From: a virus
Taxonomy: Duplodnaviria > Caudoviricetes
Virus record (IMG/VR): IMGVR_UViG_3300020570_000646
Span: 1 to 24,509 of that record
Strand: one strand, 5' to 3'
Length of the DNA stretch: 24,509 nt
The position numbers were made by a program, and so were the translations under genes. The notes beneath the pieces are model-generated. The model had not been told where the DNA came from. It saw nothing but the letters and a program-made list of their open reading frames with translations, and made no database searches. Positions 7,765 through 17,336 of the stretch are shown here, in pieces; the stretch's first letter is position 1; the number at the start of each line of letters is the position of its first letter.

Positions 7765-8507
7765 GAATAGCTTTATGTCTATCTGGTCAGACTAGAGCAT
7801 ACGAAAAATGTTTCGATAGCCAGTATATTAATATAATTAAACCATATAATTGCGATATTTTTATACATACATGGCTATATAATGGGCTATATCCAAAAAC
7901 TCCAGACAATTTACATTATTGTAAAGAATATAATATCTCTAATTATGATAAGTATTTAAATGATAATTATCTTATAAATTCAAAATTATTTTCATTATAT
8001 AGTCCAAAAAAAATTTTAGTAGAATATCCAGATAAAGATTTTTTTATCAATAAATTGTCATCTAATAATAATGTTAAATTTTTTAATGCTATTATGATGT
8101 ATTATAGTATTTATCAAAGTAATAATCTAAAAAAACAATATGAAATTAATTACGATTTTAAATATGATGTAGTTATACGATGCAGATTTGATTTGTTCTT
8201 TGAGCATTTAAAACTTTTGACAGATTATCCTTTGTATTTAGCTCCAAATGAAAATATAGACAAGCCATTTAATAATAATATGAAAAATATTTTGGATACT
8301 ATCGGCCCTAAATATATGCCAAATGATCAATTCGCCCACGGAACTTCTGAGGCAATGGATTATTATAGTAATATATATGAATCGTATTTATTAAATCAAA
8401 ATATATTTCCTCAGCATCCAGAAGGGCTAATATCTGAGTATTTATGGAATAGTAACTATATCCCAACTATTAATAATAGTATTCGTATGAAAATTATATC
8501 AAAATGA
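7761..8507 (+). CDS. Putative glycosyltransferase-like protein (SGQxR / FIHTW / RxRFD type)
   Basis: IALCLSGQTR, DIFIHTW, YDVVIRCRFD and NDQFA, a pattern common in large-virus glycan loci. Confidence 0.6.
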   Translation: MRIALCLSGQTRAYEKCFDSQYINIIKPYNCDIFIHTWLYNGLYPKTPDNLHYCKEYNISNYDKYLNDNYLINSKLFSLYSPKKILVEYPDKDFFINKLSSNNNVKFFNAIMMYYSIYQSNNLKKQYEINYDFKYDVVIRCRFDLFFEHLKLLTDYPLYLAPNENIDKPFNNNMKNILDTIGPKYMPNDQFAHGTSEAMDYYSNIYESYLLNQNIFPQHPEGLISEYLWNSNYIPTINNSIRMKIISK

Positions 8508-9880
8508 TTAAACTTATTATATTTGATTTAGATGGTGTTCTGTTGGACGCAAAACAGATACATTATGATGCTTTGAATGAAGTTTTAGCTGATAGCTATA
8601 AAATAACGTGGGACGAGCATATTAGTAAATATGATGGGCTAAAAACAAAAGAAAAATTAAATCTTTTAAGTAAAGAGAAAGATTTGCCAGAACATTTACA
8701 TAATGAAATTTGGACTAAAAAACAAAACATAACTCATGAAAAATTATCTAACTTAGTACCTAATACTAAACTATTAGATCAGATTACACAATTATCAAAA
8801 GCTAATTATAAGATTGCTATTTGTTCTAATTCTATTAGAAAAACAATATATGGAGCTGTATGTAAACTACAAATCATAAAATATATTGATTTAATTATTA
8901 GTAATGAAGATGTGGAGAAATCAAAACCATATCCTGAAATGTATTGGAAAGCAATGATCTCTTTTGGCGTTTTGCCTAAAGAGACATTAATAATTGAAGA
9001 TTCTCCCCACGGTCTACTTGCAGCTAAAAGATCCGGATCTAATATATATAGAGTAAAAAATTCAAATGACCTCAGTAATAGTAATCTATTTCAGATTATA
9101 GATTCGTACAACACAAGAAGTAACGATCAGATCATGTGGCAAGATTCTAAATTAAATGTTTTGATACCCATGGCCGGGGCTGGTAGTCGTTTTGAAAAAG
9201 CCGGATATACATTTCCTAAACCTCTTATTGATGTTCGTGGAAAGCCGATGATACAAATGATAGTTGAAAATCTGTCATTTGATAGTCCCCATACTTTTAT
9301 AGTACAAAAATTACATTCTGAGAAATATAATTTAAATAGTCTATTGCCTTTAATTGTTAAAGCTAATAATACTAATATTATCACTGTAGATTCAGTAACA
9401 GATGGCGCTGCTTGTACAACTCTGTTGGCTAAAGAATTAATAAATAATGATAATCCTTTGATTATTGCCAACTCTGATCAATATGTTGATTGGAACAGCA
9501 GTGAGTTTATGTACAAAATGCAAGAACAAGATGTAGATGCTGGCATATTAACCTTTAAATCTACTCATCCAAAATGGTCTTTTGTTAAAGTGGACGATAA
9601 AGGATTTGTAACGGAAGTTGCAGAAAAAAATCCAATATCTGACATAGCAACAGTTGGGATATACTATTGGAAAAAGGGTTCTGATTATGTAAAATATGCA
9701 GAGCAAATGATACGAAAAAATAAAAGACATAATAATGAATTTTATGTTTGCCCAGTATTTAATGAGGCTATAGAGGATGGGAAAAAAATAGCAATATTTA
9801 ATATCGAAGGCATGTGGGGATTAGGAACTCCAGAAGATCTACAATATTTTTTACAAAATCATGATACTAATTTCTCATAG
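8504..9880 (+). CDS. HAD phosphatase fused to a sugar-phosphate nucleotidyltransferase-like domain
   Basis: HAD motifs FDLDGVL, SN, KP and EDS. C-terminal LIPMAGAGSRF..PKPLI, ANSDQ, EK and LGTPEDL. Confidence 0.85.
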   Translation: MIKLIIFDLDGVLLDAKQIHYDALNEVLADSYKITWDEHISKYDGLKTKEKLNLLSKEKDLPEHLHNEIWTKKQNITHEKLSNLVPNTKLLDQITQLSKANYKIAICSNSIRKTIYGAVCKLQIIKYIDLIISNEDVEKSKPYPEMYWKAMISFGVLPKETLIIEDSPHGLLAAKRSGSNIYRVKNSNDLSNSNLFQIIDSYNTRSNDQIMWQDSKLNVLIPMAGAGSRFEKAGYTFPKPLIDVRGKPMIQMIVENLSFDSPHTFIVQKLHSEKYNLNSLLPLIVKANNTNIITVDSVTDGAACTTLLAKELINNDNPLIIANSDQYVDWNSSEFMYKMQEQDVDAGILTFKSTHPKWSFVKVDDKGFVTEVAEKNPISDIATVGIYYWKKGSDYVKYAEQMIRKNKRHNNEFYVCPVFNEAIEDGKKIAIFNIEGMWGLGTPEDLQYFLQNHDTNFS

Positions 9881-10322
9881 AGGTAATGTAAAAGAAAAGA
9901 TAGAAGACAAAGAAAATCATCCAGACACTATTAAAAATGTCATATCTCTTGGTTATGACGTTGAAATAGATATTAGATATATTGATAACAATTGGTATCT
10001 TGGACATGATGCTCCGCAATACATAATTAAAACCGATTGGCTAATAAAATATTCCAATAAGCTATGGATTCATTGCAAAAATTTACAAGCGTTTAGTCGA
10101 TGCAATAATCTATATGGTATATTAAATTATTTTTTCCACGAAAATGATAAATATACATTAACGTCTAAACAAATCATTTGGGCATATCCAGGTAGCGAAT
10201 TGGATAATAATACAATTTGTGTTTTACCAGAACTATTTGATTATCATATAGATATACTGAAACGTAGTCGTGGAATATGTACTGATAATATATTTTTTTA
10301 TGAAGAGGTGTTACGTGAATGA
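9861..10322 (+). CDS. Short glycerophosphodiester phosphodiesterase-like protein
   Basis: ISHRGN, EN, DVEID, LGHD, WIHCKN and GICTD. Confidence 0.75.
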   Translation: MILISHRGNVKEKIEDKENHPDTIKNVISLGYDVEIDIRYIDNNWYLGHDAPQYIIKTDWLIKYSNKLWIHCKNLQAFSRCNNLYGILNYFFHENDKYTLTSKQIIWAYPGSELDNNTICVLPELFDYHIDILKRSRGICTDNIFFYEEVLRE

Positions 10323-10875
10323 CAAACCAATTATCTTTGAAAATAAAATCATTAAACCAAATACAACTAAGATTATAGATTATATCAATAGTCATCAATC
10401 CGATTTTGGTGAATTAGGATCTAATTATTGGCAAGGTAGACAAATATATATTAACCAAATTAAAGATGAAGAAATTATAAATATAATTAAGAGTGGTAAA
10501 GATTATATGATATCTGAGTTTATTAAACAATCTAATATAGAAAAACCTTTATATATAGATAGTCTACACATAGTAAGATGGACAGAAGGATACGAGTTGC
10601 ATCCTCATGCTGATGCTGTTGAGCCAAATGGTAGTCAACATCCATTTCCTTGGAGAGATTTTGGAACTGTTACTTTTTTGAATGAAGATTTTGAAGGTGG
10701 AATTTTATATTATCCTAATAAAGATAATCTGCAAGTACTGCCAAAAGTAGGTTATAATGCTATACACACAGGCGGATTAGATTGTTTACATGGCGTAACA
10801 AAAATAACAAAAGGAGTTAGATATACAATAGCATCATTTTTAACATATGATCCTAATCATGAGTATAAAATTTGA
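10315..10875 (+). CDS. 2OG-Fe(II) oxygenase, prolyl-4-hydroxylase-like
   Basis: HAD, FLNEDFEGG, HGV and RYT. Start moved to GTG 10315 behind GAGGTG. Confidence 0.85.
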   Translation: MNDKPIIFENKIIKPNTTKIIDYINSHQSDFGELGSNYWQGRQIYINQIKDEEIINIIKSGKDYMISEFIKQSNIEKPLYIDSLHIVRWTEGYELHPHADAVEPNGSQHPFPWRDFGTVTFLNEDFEGGILYYPNKDNLQVLPKVGYNAIHTGGLDCLHGVTKITKGVRYTIASFLTYDPNHEYKI

Positions 10876-11252
10876 TGTTTTCTATACTATCCAGGTCATA
10901 TAAGTGGAAAAAAACTAGACTTGATCATCTAAAAAAAGAATCATTTTGTCAATCATGCGCATCTATTAAGAATCTTCAAGTTCATCATATAGTCCCTGTA
11001 AATGTGGATCAATCAAAAGAATTAGATCCAAAAAATTTAATCACTTTATGTAAAACGTGCCATTTTGTTTTTGGGCATCTCATGGATTGGAACAGTTGGA
11101 ATGAGGATGTGATAAAAGATTGTAGGGTGTATTATAATAAAGTAATCAACAAGCCCTACAAAATAAAGGCTCAGTTTTATGATAAAAATATTTTTGGTAC
11201 TATTAGTAATAATATATGGAACTTTATCTTTTTCTGGAACAATAGATCCTAA
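10875..11252 (+). CDS. HNH endonuclease
   Basis: CQSC..LQVHHIVP..NLITLCKTCH. The ATG overlaps the previous TGA. Confidence 0.85.
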   Translation: MFSILSRSYKWKKTRLDHLKKESFCQSCASIKNLQVHHIVPVNVDQSKELDPKNLITLCKTCHFVFGHLMDWNSWNEDVIKDCRVYYNKVINKPYKIKAQFYDKNIFGTISNNIWNFIFFWNNRS

Positions 11253-11940
11253 TACTCCAGATGAAAAATACATAAATTATGGTTTAAAATTTCCATATAT
11301 TGGTCAAATAATAGGAAGAAAACAGGACGATACTTCATATTCTGGATCTGTAGTAGCATACAAAAATAATATTATTATAACAGCTGCTCATATATTTCAT
11401 AATAATAAAACCGCTGTTGTAATTTTTAGTACAAAATTATTACCAGTTAAAAAAATAGTAATTCATAAAAATTATGACTACGAAAAATTTGGAAGACACG
11501 ATATAGCAGTATGTTTGGTCTCGGGAGATATAGGATTAGATTGGTATCCAGATATATATAAAAATAATCAAGAAAATGGCTCTATTTGTTCTTTGGCTGG
11601 ATATGGTTCTACTGGAACATTTATCACAGGTATATTGCCAAGCAAAGAAAGTAAAAAAAGAGCAGGATCTAATTTTATTGACGCTGTTAATGAATATTTA
11701 TTATTCTGTTCTCCATCAGTAAAAACAGGTAAAACAGAATTGGAGTTTATCATTGCTCCCGGAGATAGCGGGGGTGGACTATTTATAGAAAATGATCTTG
11801 CTGGTATCCATTCTGGTGTTATAGAAGACAAAATTAATAAAGGTAAATCAAAGTATGGGGCAGTCAGTGCTCATACAAGAGTTAGTGTATATAAAGATTG
11901 GATAGAAAATACAACACAAGAATTATTGAAAGAAAAATAA
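11179..11940 (+). CDS. Trypsin-like (S1) serine protease with signal peptide or anchor
   Basis: Catalytic triad motifs TAAH, HDIA and GDSGG, with a hydrophobic N-terminus. Confidence 0.9.
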   Translation: MIKIFLVLLVIIYGTLSFSGTIDPNTPDEKYINYGLKFPYIGQIIGRKQDDTSYSGSVVAYKNNIIITAAHIFHNNKTAVVIFSTKLLPVKKIVIHKNYDYEKFGRHDIAVCLVSGDIGLDWYPDIYKNNQENGSICSLAGYGSTGTFITGILPSKESKKRAGSNFIDAVNEYLLFCSPSVKTGKTELEFIIAPGDSGGGLFIENDLAGIHSGVIEDKINKGKSKYGAVSAHTRVSVYKDWIENTTQELLKEK

Positions 11941-11941
11941 T

Positions 11942-12874
11942 ATGTTTAAAAAATGGTTTAATAAAACAAAAATAGGATTACTTCCATATGTAACAGAGCC
12001 GCTGTATGGCTTGTCTCCAAGTGATCCTCAAGAATTAGGATGGGAACTTAATAAATTCGATATTCCTAGTTTTTGGACACATAGTCAGGGAGATGGTGTT
12101 GTATGTGCTGTATTAGATACAGGATGCGATTTAGATCATCCAGACATACAAAGTAATTTATTAGATGGAAAAAATTTTGTTAATATATCTGAAAAACCAA
12201 TAGATAAAAATGGTCATGGTACCCATGTGTCATCTACAATAGCAGCTTGTAATAATGGATATGGCATGGTTGGTGTTGCTCCTCAAACAAAAATTATACC
12301 AGTAAAGGTTCTTAATGATAGAGGTAGTGGATCTATTAATTCAATTGTAGATGGCATATATTGGAGTGCTGATCAATCTATTGTTAATTTTATGACAATG
12401 AGTCTAGGTTCAAGTGGACCAAATTCAGATATAGAAAAAGCTATTAATTATGCTGTTAATAAAGGAAAGATAATATTTTGTGCCGCTGGTAATAGTGGAC
12501 CAAATTCAGATATAATGTATCCTGCTAAATGTGAAAATACTATGGCTATAGGAGCAATAGATGAAAATTTACGCAGAACGCCATTTTCGTGTAGTGGAGA
12601 TAGTTTAGATTTTCTAGCTCCTGGTCATAATATTATGGGGTGTGCGCCAAATAAACAATATGCGAAAATGAGCGGAACCAGCATGAGTAATCCATTTGCT
12701 GTAGGACTAGCATCTCTCTTATTAAGTTATAATAATAGAAGTAAAAAATATAGATTATCTAGTTATAACGACTATATTGAAGTTTTTAAGAGATCATGCA
12801 AGCCATTGAATGATCCAAATTATAGTGATATTAAACAATATCAAGGTTACGGGATTATGTATCCTACTATATGA
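11942..12874 (+). CDS. Subtilisin-family (S8) protease, intracellular (ISP) type
   Basis: VLDTG, HGTH, AAGN and GTSM. No signal peptide or prodomain; N-terminal LLPY motif. Confidence 0.9.
   Translation: MFKKWFNKTKIGLLPYVTEPLYGLSPSDPQELGWELNKFDIPSFWTHSQGDGVVCAVLDTGCDLDHPDIQSNLLDGKNFVNISEKPIDKNGHGTHVSSTIAACNNGYGMVGVAPQTKIIPVKVLNDRGSGSINSIVDGIYWSADQSIVNFMTMSLGSSGPNSDIEKAINYAVNKGKIIFCAAGNSGPNSDIMYPAKCENTMAIGAIDENLRRTPFSCSGDSLDFLAPGHNIMGCAPNKQYAKMSGTSMSNPFAVGLASLLLSYNNRSKKYRLSSYNDYIEVFKRSCKPLNDPNYSDIKQYQGYGIMYPTI
12413..12514 (+). repeat. Exact 21-nt direct repeat AGTGGACCAAATTCAGATATA (12413-12433 and 12494-12514)
   Basis: Read directly; both copies are in frame and encode SGPNSDI. Confidence 0.85.
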
Positions 12875-13751
12875 ATTCTTCTATAATTTTATAGAAACTT
12901 CTAATTCTTTTAAGTAATTCTAACCCATCCTCTTTTGGCATCGCTCCTGATATATTATTTTCATGCCACCATATATGAAACATTTTATTTTTAAAATAAT
13001 TTGGATAACTAAAAAATAAACAACTCAGTATTTGTTCTTCGCTATATAAAACAGGCTCATTATCTAATAAAGTATTAGTTAAAATACTAAATTTATCACA
13101 TATATAATTTATAGATGATAGATATCCTCCAAATAAACCACCAATAATATGATAGCATGATTGACAATCATCAATAAAATATTTGCAAGGAATAGAGGAA
13201 TCCCAATAAAAATCTCTATTTTCTTTTGCGCATACAAAAACTTGATTATTTGTATAGTTATTTAAATTATTTAATAGTTCATTTGTAAATATATTAGATC
13301 CATAATAACTATCAAAATATTTACCAGTATGAATATTTAAATATTTATCTGGAATTAATCCGCTATAGCATAACCCAGCATCAATCCAGTATATATAATC
13401 GCAATCATGAGCATTTAATTTAATCCAAGATAATTTTGAATATTGTAATTCAATGCATCTTACTGACTGTTTAGTTGATTCTATATCTTTAATTTTATTT
13501 ATTTTACTAGAATATTCCGTATTATATAAATCGTATTCTATAGTAGATAATCTATCAACTTTATCTGGATAAAACTCTTGATAAAAAGTATCAATTTTAT
13601 TTTTATCATTAGTATATACTATAAATTCTGCATTACTAATATTCATGATGCTATTTAAGCTATATAAATAATGATCATTACGTCCTGGACGACCACCAAG
13701 AGATGTTCCATAAAGATCAAAATATATTGCAGATACTATCTTAGTTTTCAT
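12867..13751 (-). CDS. HtrL/YibB (WlaTC)-like glycosyltransferase
   Basis: YWIDAGL, IIGGLFGG and SEEQIL. Start moved to ATG 13751, which overlaps the upstream gene end. Confidence 0.7.
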   Translation of the reverse strand: MKTKIVSAIYFDLYGTSLGGRPGRNDHYLYSLNSIMNISNAEFIVYTNDKNKIDTFYQEFYPDKVDRLSTIEYDLYNTEYSSKINKIKDIESTKQSVRCIELQYSKLSWIKLNAHDCDYIYWIDAGLCYSGLIPDKYLNIHTGKYFDSYYGSNIFTNELLNNLNNYTNNQVFVCAKENRDFYWDSSIPCKYFIDDCQSCYHIIGGLFGGYLSSINYICDKFSILTNTLLDNEPVLYSEEQILSCLFFSYPNYFKNKMFHIWWHENNISGAMPKEDGLELLKRIRSFYKIIEEFI

Positions 13752-14469
13752 AGTTTTTAAGAGATTGACATAGATCGTAATCAAGCATTCGTGATTCTAG
13801 TTTTATAGGACAGTATACATTCCAGTTATATGTCATAAGATAATGATTAGTGTCATATGTTTTATTGATATCTGAAAAATCTGGTCTTTGTACTACTATA
13901 GGTAATATTCCACAAAAGCTTTTAGTATTGGGATATATTATTTTATCAAAATATTCATCAATAGCCATTTGTTGATGAGAATTATGTACAAATTTATTAG
14001 TATCCCATTCAATTATATATTCACATGCTTTTTTTGTTAAAATAAATCCACTAGTACCAAATATTCCTCTATGTTTTGTAGGATCTTTTTCAGGAACATT
14101 AGTTAAATCAAGAAGATATTTATTATATTGATTTAATGGCCTATGTATAGAAGGCGCAAGGTGAAAAATATCCCAATCTAAATTAGTATTAAATAATTCA
14201 TTATCAATATTATCTAGTAATTCTTTAGCATATGGCATGAAACTAATGTCGTCTTCCATTACCATTGCATAATCATAATTTTCTTCAAGAATTATTGAGG
14301 ATAATTTTTGATGGGATTGCGCACATCCAATATAGCTATTGGTATCAATACCAGAGAACCTATGATATTTCCAACCAATATATCTCATTTCTTTATCAAA
14401 AGAATGTAATCTATCTTGTCTACGATCTAAATTAATAACAAATTTTGGAATATCTTTAATAGTTTTCAT
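13741..14469 (-). CDS. Glycosyltransferase family 25
   Basis: FVINLDRRQDR, GCAQSH and VMEDD. Probable start at ATG 14469. Confidence 0.85.
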   Translation of the reverse strand: MKTIKDIPKFVINLDRRQDRLHSFDKEMRYIGWKYHRFSGIDTNSYIGCAQSHQKLSSIILEENYDYAMVMEDDISFMPYAKELLDNIDNELFNTNLDWDIFHLAPSIHRPLNQYNKYLLDLTNVPEKDPTKHRGIFGTSGFILTKKACEYIIEWDTNKFVHNSHQQMAIDEYFDKIIYPNTKSFCGILPIVVQRPDFSDINKTYDTNHYLMTYNWNVYCPIKLESRMLDYDLCQSLKNYEN

Positions 14470-15241
14470 ATTTTTTACACACATAATCAATAATTAAATC
14501 ATTATGATTGGTATATCCTTTTCTATGCGCAAAAATTATACTATTATTTTCTAAAGCTTTTTCTAAATTTCTATTAATATCTGTCCAATATCCATATCTA
14601 TCTATATCGTATCTTTTACATTTATATCTTGATGCTAGAATAGACAGGACGCTTTGATCGTGTCTATGGTTGCTTTCATACCCATCAATACACCCTTCCA
14701 CTTGAGAATAGCCCCATGCTTCTTTAATTAAAGGTGTATAGACACCATCTGTTTTAAACCCAACAAGCCCAGACCACAACTGCTTATCATTTAGTTCATC
14801 TTCTGTGGCTTTCATAATATCTATACATTTTTGATGAGTATAGTTTTTATTTAAATGAACATCTCCAACTAAAAATATGTCTTCTTTATCAATAATATCA
14901 AAAATTGATTGTATAGAATCTAAGGCACAGGCTCCGGCGTCCAACCATAAAACTTTTTTAGCCGATGCTATCGAATCAAAAAGAGTAAACATTTTTAAAA
15001 AATGACATTTTGTTTTAACTGTAGATATAGACTCATAGATATCAAAATTTTCAGAAATATTTTTTACTACTACTTTTTTATAAGATCTTAATCTTTGTAT
15101 CTCTGATGAATCGAGACCAAAATCATATACAATAATAGCATCTATTATATTATAACTATATTTATGTATGCTATTTATAAGAGTAAGAAGCGATATAAAA
15201 TATGGACTATTAGCTCCTGTTATAATAATATTATTGTGCAT
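14456..15241 (-). CDS. GT-A fold glycosyltransferase-like protein (DUF1647-like)
   Basis: ITGANSPYF, VYDFGL, LWLDAG and NHRHDQSVLS. Confidence 0.65.
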   Translation of the reverse strand: MHNNIIITGANSPYFISLLTLINSIHKYSYNIIDAIIVYDFGLDSSEIQRLRSYKKVVVKNISENFDIYESISTVKTKCHFLKMFTLFDSIASAKKVLWLDAGACALDSIQSIFDIIDKEDIFLVGDVHLNKNYTHQKCIDIMKATEDELNDKQLWSGLVGFKTDGVYTPLIKEAWGYSQVEGCIDGYESNHRHDQSVLSILASRYKCKRYDIDRYGYWTDINRNLEKALENNSIIFAHRKGYTNHNDLIIDYVCKKYENY

Positions 15242-16061
15242 AGATGTTTATAATTTTTTCTGGGTGCATATATGTGTGAGCTATTGCAAAATTATTTTTT
15301 ATTGACTGTATTTTTGATAAATATAATTCTTTCGATAGATTATTTATTATAGAGTCTATAGACGATGAATCTTCAAATAGTATTATTCCATTTATATCAA
15401 AATAATTTATTATTGATTTATTTCCATAATAAATTGGTATGGTTCCAGTTAAAAAACAATCTAGTAGTTTTTCACTAAAATAATCAGTATCTGGAGAAAA
15501 TAGATGTTGTGGACCTTCATTTTCCATAGTAATAGAAAACATATAATCTTTTAGAGCATCAACCTTAAACTCTATAGGATTATTAACGCCAGATCCAAAG
15601 AAATCAATAAAAGATTTATTTTTTAAATTTTCGTATACTACTGATCTTAATCTATGTCCAGCATTCCACTGTTTATCAGAAAAAATCATACTACACATTT
15701 TATTTTTTAGATATATATCAATATCTTGTTCTCTTAGCCAAGTTCCTCCGTGAGGCACAAATTGAAAATTTGGAATTCTTTCGTCCAACCATTTATTATA
15801 TGAAAAAACTAATTTGAATTTATTAAAAAATTCTGGTTTAGTAATTTTTATATAATTATCGCCATTGACTATAGGCGGCTCAATAATCCATGCGTAATTT
15901 TCTTTTGTAGAATCTATATTATCTAAAAAACATAATCTATCTGTATAGATGGCAATATCATAGTCATTGCAATCTCTAGACCATCCAGTTTCGTAGTTAA
16001 TATATCTAGATAAATTATTTTGACCTATTAGATTTTCATCTATAAATTTTATTTTTTTCAT
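15231..16061 (-). CDS. GT10 alpha-1,3-fucosyltransferase-like protein
   Basis: YMFSITMEN..DYFSEKLLDCFLTGTIPIYYG. Start moved to ATG 16061, which overlaps the upstream stop. Confidence 0.8.
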   Translation of the reverse strand: MKKIKFIDENLIGQNNLSRYINYETGWSRDCNDYDIAIYTDRLCFLDNIDSTKENYAWIIEPPIVNGDNYIKITKPEFFNKFKLVFSYNKWLDERIPNFQFVPHGGTWLREQDIDIYLKNKMCSMIFSDKQWNAGHRLRSVVYENLKNKSFIDFFGSGVNNPIEFKVDALKDYMFSITMENEGPQHLFSPDTDYFSEKLLDCFLTGTIPIYYGNKSIINYFDINGIILFEDSSSIDSIINNLSKELYLSKIQSIKNNFAIAHTYMHPEKIINIYAQ

Positions 16062-17332
16062 AAATATCCAATTATGGGTTCCGCCCATCCTTTACTAATA
16101 CTATGAGGCCAAACTATCCAACTAGTCGGTTTGACACTTGTTTGAAATTCTCTCCATATTTTACAGTATCCATCAGGATCATTTTTTACTCTTAGAATTT
16201 CATCTTTATCTGCATCTTTTCTGAAAATATCTTCACCTTGATTATCTTTAAAAGCAACTGCCCAAAAATCATAATCACTTTCTGGAACTTGACCATATTG
16301 AATATCAATACAGTGTTTAAATATACTCATTAAATGAGTTTGAAATTCTTTATGAGATAAATTAGATAATTCTGGATCAGGCGGTGGCTTATGATCTTGT
16401 ACCCTCTGCGTGATACCTCTTTTACTAAAACATAATCCAGAATATAGTTCATAGTCTTCAAGAGATCTAATTTTACCAAAACCATATGGTCCAAAATCTA
16501 TATCATTTATTTCGCCGTCCATACCAAATAATTTTCTATTTCTAAGATGGCTCTTAGAGTTTCTATCGCCCCAAACTTTATCATCATCCCATTGTTTTGT
16601 GCGTCCTTTTCTTGTATATTCATGCCAAACCAAGACCTTGTGTGGATGAAATATATCATAACCATGAGTAAAAGCTCTAACTGCAATATTTATTTCTTCA
16701 CCATGAAAATAATAATTAGGATCATGAGGAACCTCTTTGCAAAATTCTCCAACAGTAAATGCAAAATGAGCACTATAAAATCTACCAGGTAATGGTTTAG
16801 TCTTATCGTCCCAAATATCAAATGATGCAGGCAAAAAGAATACGGCCCCTTCTGGTATAAATCTGTCAAAATTCATTTTCCAAGGCTCTTGAATACGGGC
16901 GCCAGGATCATTATCCGGATCAAAACTAGGAATATATGATGTAATTAATGGTTTTTTATGTCCTTCTTTTTGTAAATCTTTTAACATATCAATTAATTCA
17001 CTATCCCAATTTTCTACAAATCTATGATGGCTATCAAGTTGTAGTGTATATTTTTCTCCATCATACAGAGATTGAACCATATTTCTTGCCCAACAAACTC
17101 CTTGACTCTCATTATATGGAATATTTAATATTTTAAATCTTGGATCATTTATATAATCGTCTAATTTATCCCAAGAATCTTGTTCCGCATGTTGCCAACA
17201 GATTCCTACTCTTAGATTTTCTGGATATTTTGCTTTGTTAAGCATATCTTTTAGTGTAGGCAATAACTGAGGATCTCTATAAGAAGCTATCTGTATAAAT
17301 ATAGTATTATTTTTTGATTTTTTATTTTTCAT
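16058..17332 (-). CDS. GT60-like polypeptide GlcNAc-transferase (Skp1-hydroxyproline GlcNAcT/Gnt1 family)
   Basis: TIFIQIASYRDP, GVCWAR, LQLDSHHRF..WD and FHGEE..AVRAFTHGYD. Confidence 0.8.
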   Translation of the reverse strand: MKNKKSKNNTIFIQIASYRDPQLLPTLKDMLNKAKYPENLRVGICWQHAEQDSWDKLDDYINDPRFKILNIPYNESQGVCWARNMVQSLYDGEKYTLQLDSHHRFVENWDSELIDMLKDLQKEGHKKPLITSYIPSFDPDNDPGARIQEPWKMNFDRFIPEGAVFFLPASFDIWDDKTKPLPGRFYSAHFAFTVGEFCKEVPHDPNYYFHGEEINIAVRAFTHGYDIFHPHKVLVWHEYTRKGRTKQWDDDKVWGDRNSKSHLRNRKLFGMDGEINDIDFGPYGFGKIRSLEDYELYSGLCFSKRGITQRVQDHKPPPDPELSNLSHKEFQTHLMSIFKHCIDIQYGQVPESDYDFWAVAFKDNQGEDIFRKDADKDEILRVKNDPDGYCKIWREFQTSVKPTSWIVWPHSISKGWAEPIIGYL

Positions 17333-17336
17333 TATT

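Noticed and set aside
10875-11252. HNH as an intron-encoded or mobile element
   Set aside because: The flanking genes are intact and no intron structure or terminal repeats are visible.
9127-11831. Minus-strand ORFs 9127..9471, 9548..9730, 10174..10398, 11046..11273 and 11568..11831
   Set aside because: Antisense to conserved enzyme genes.
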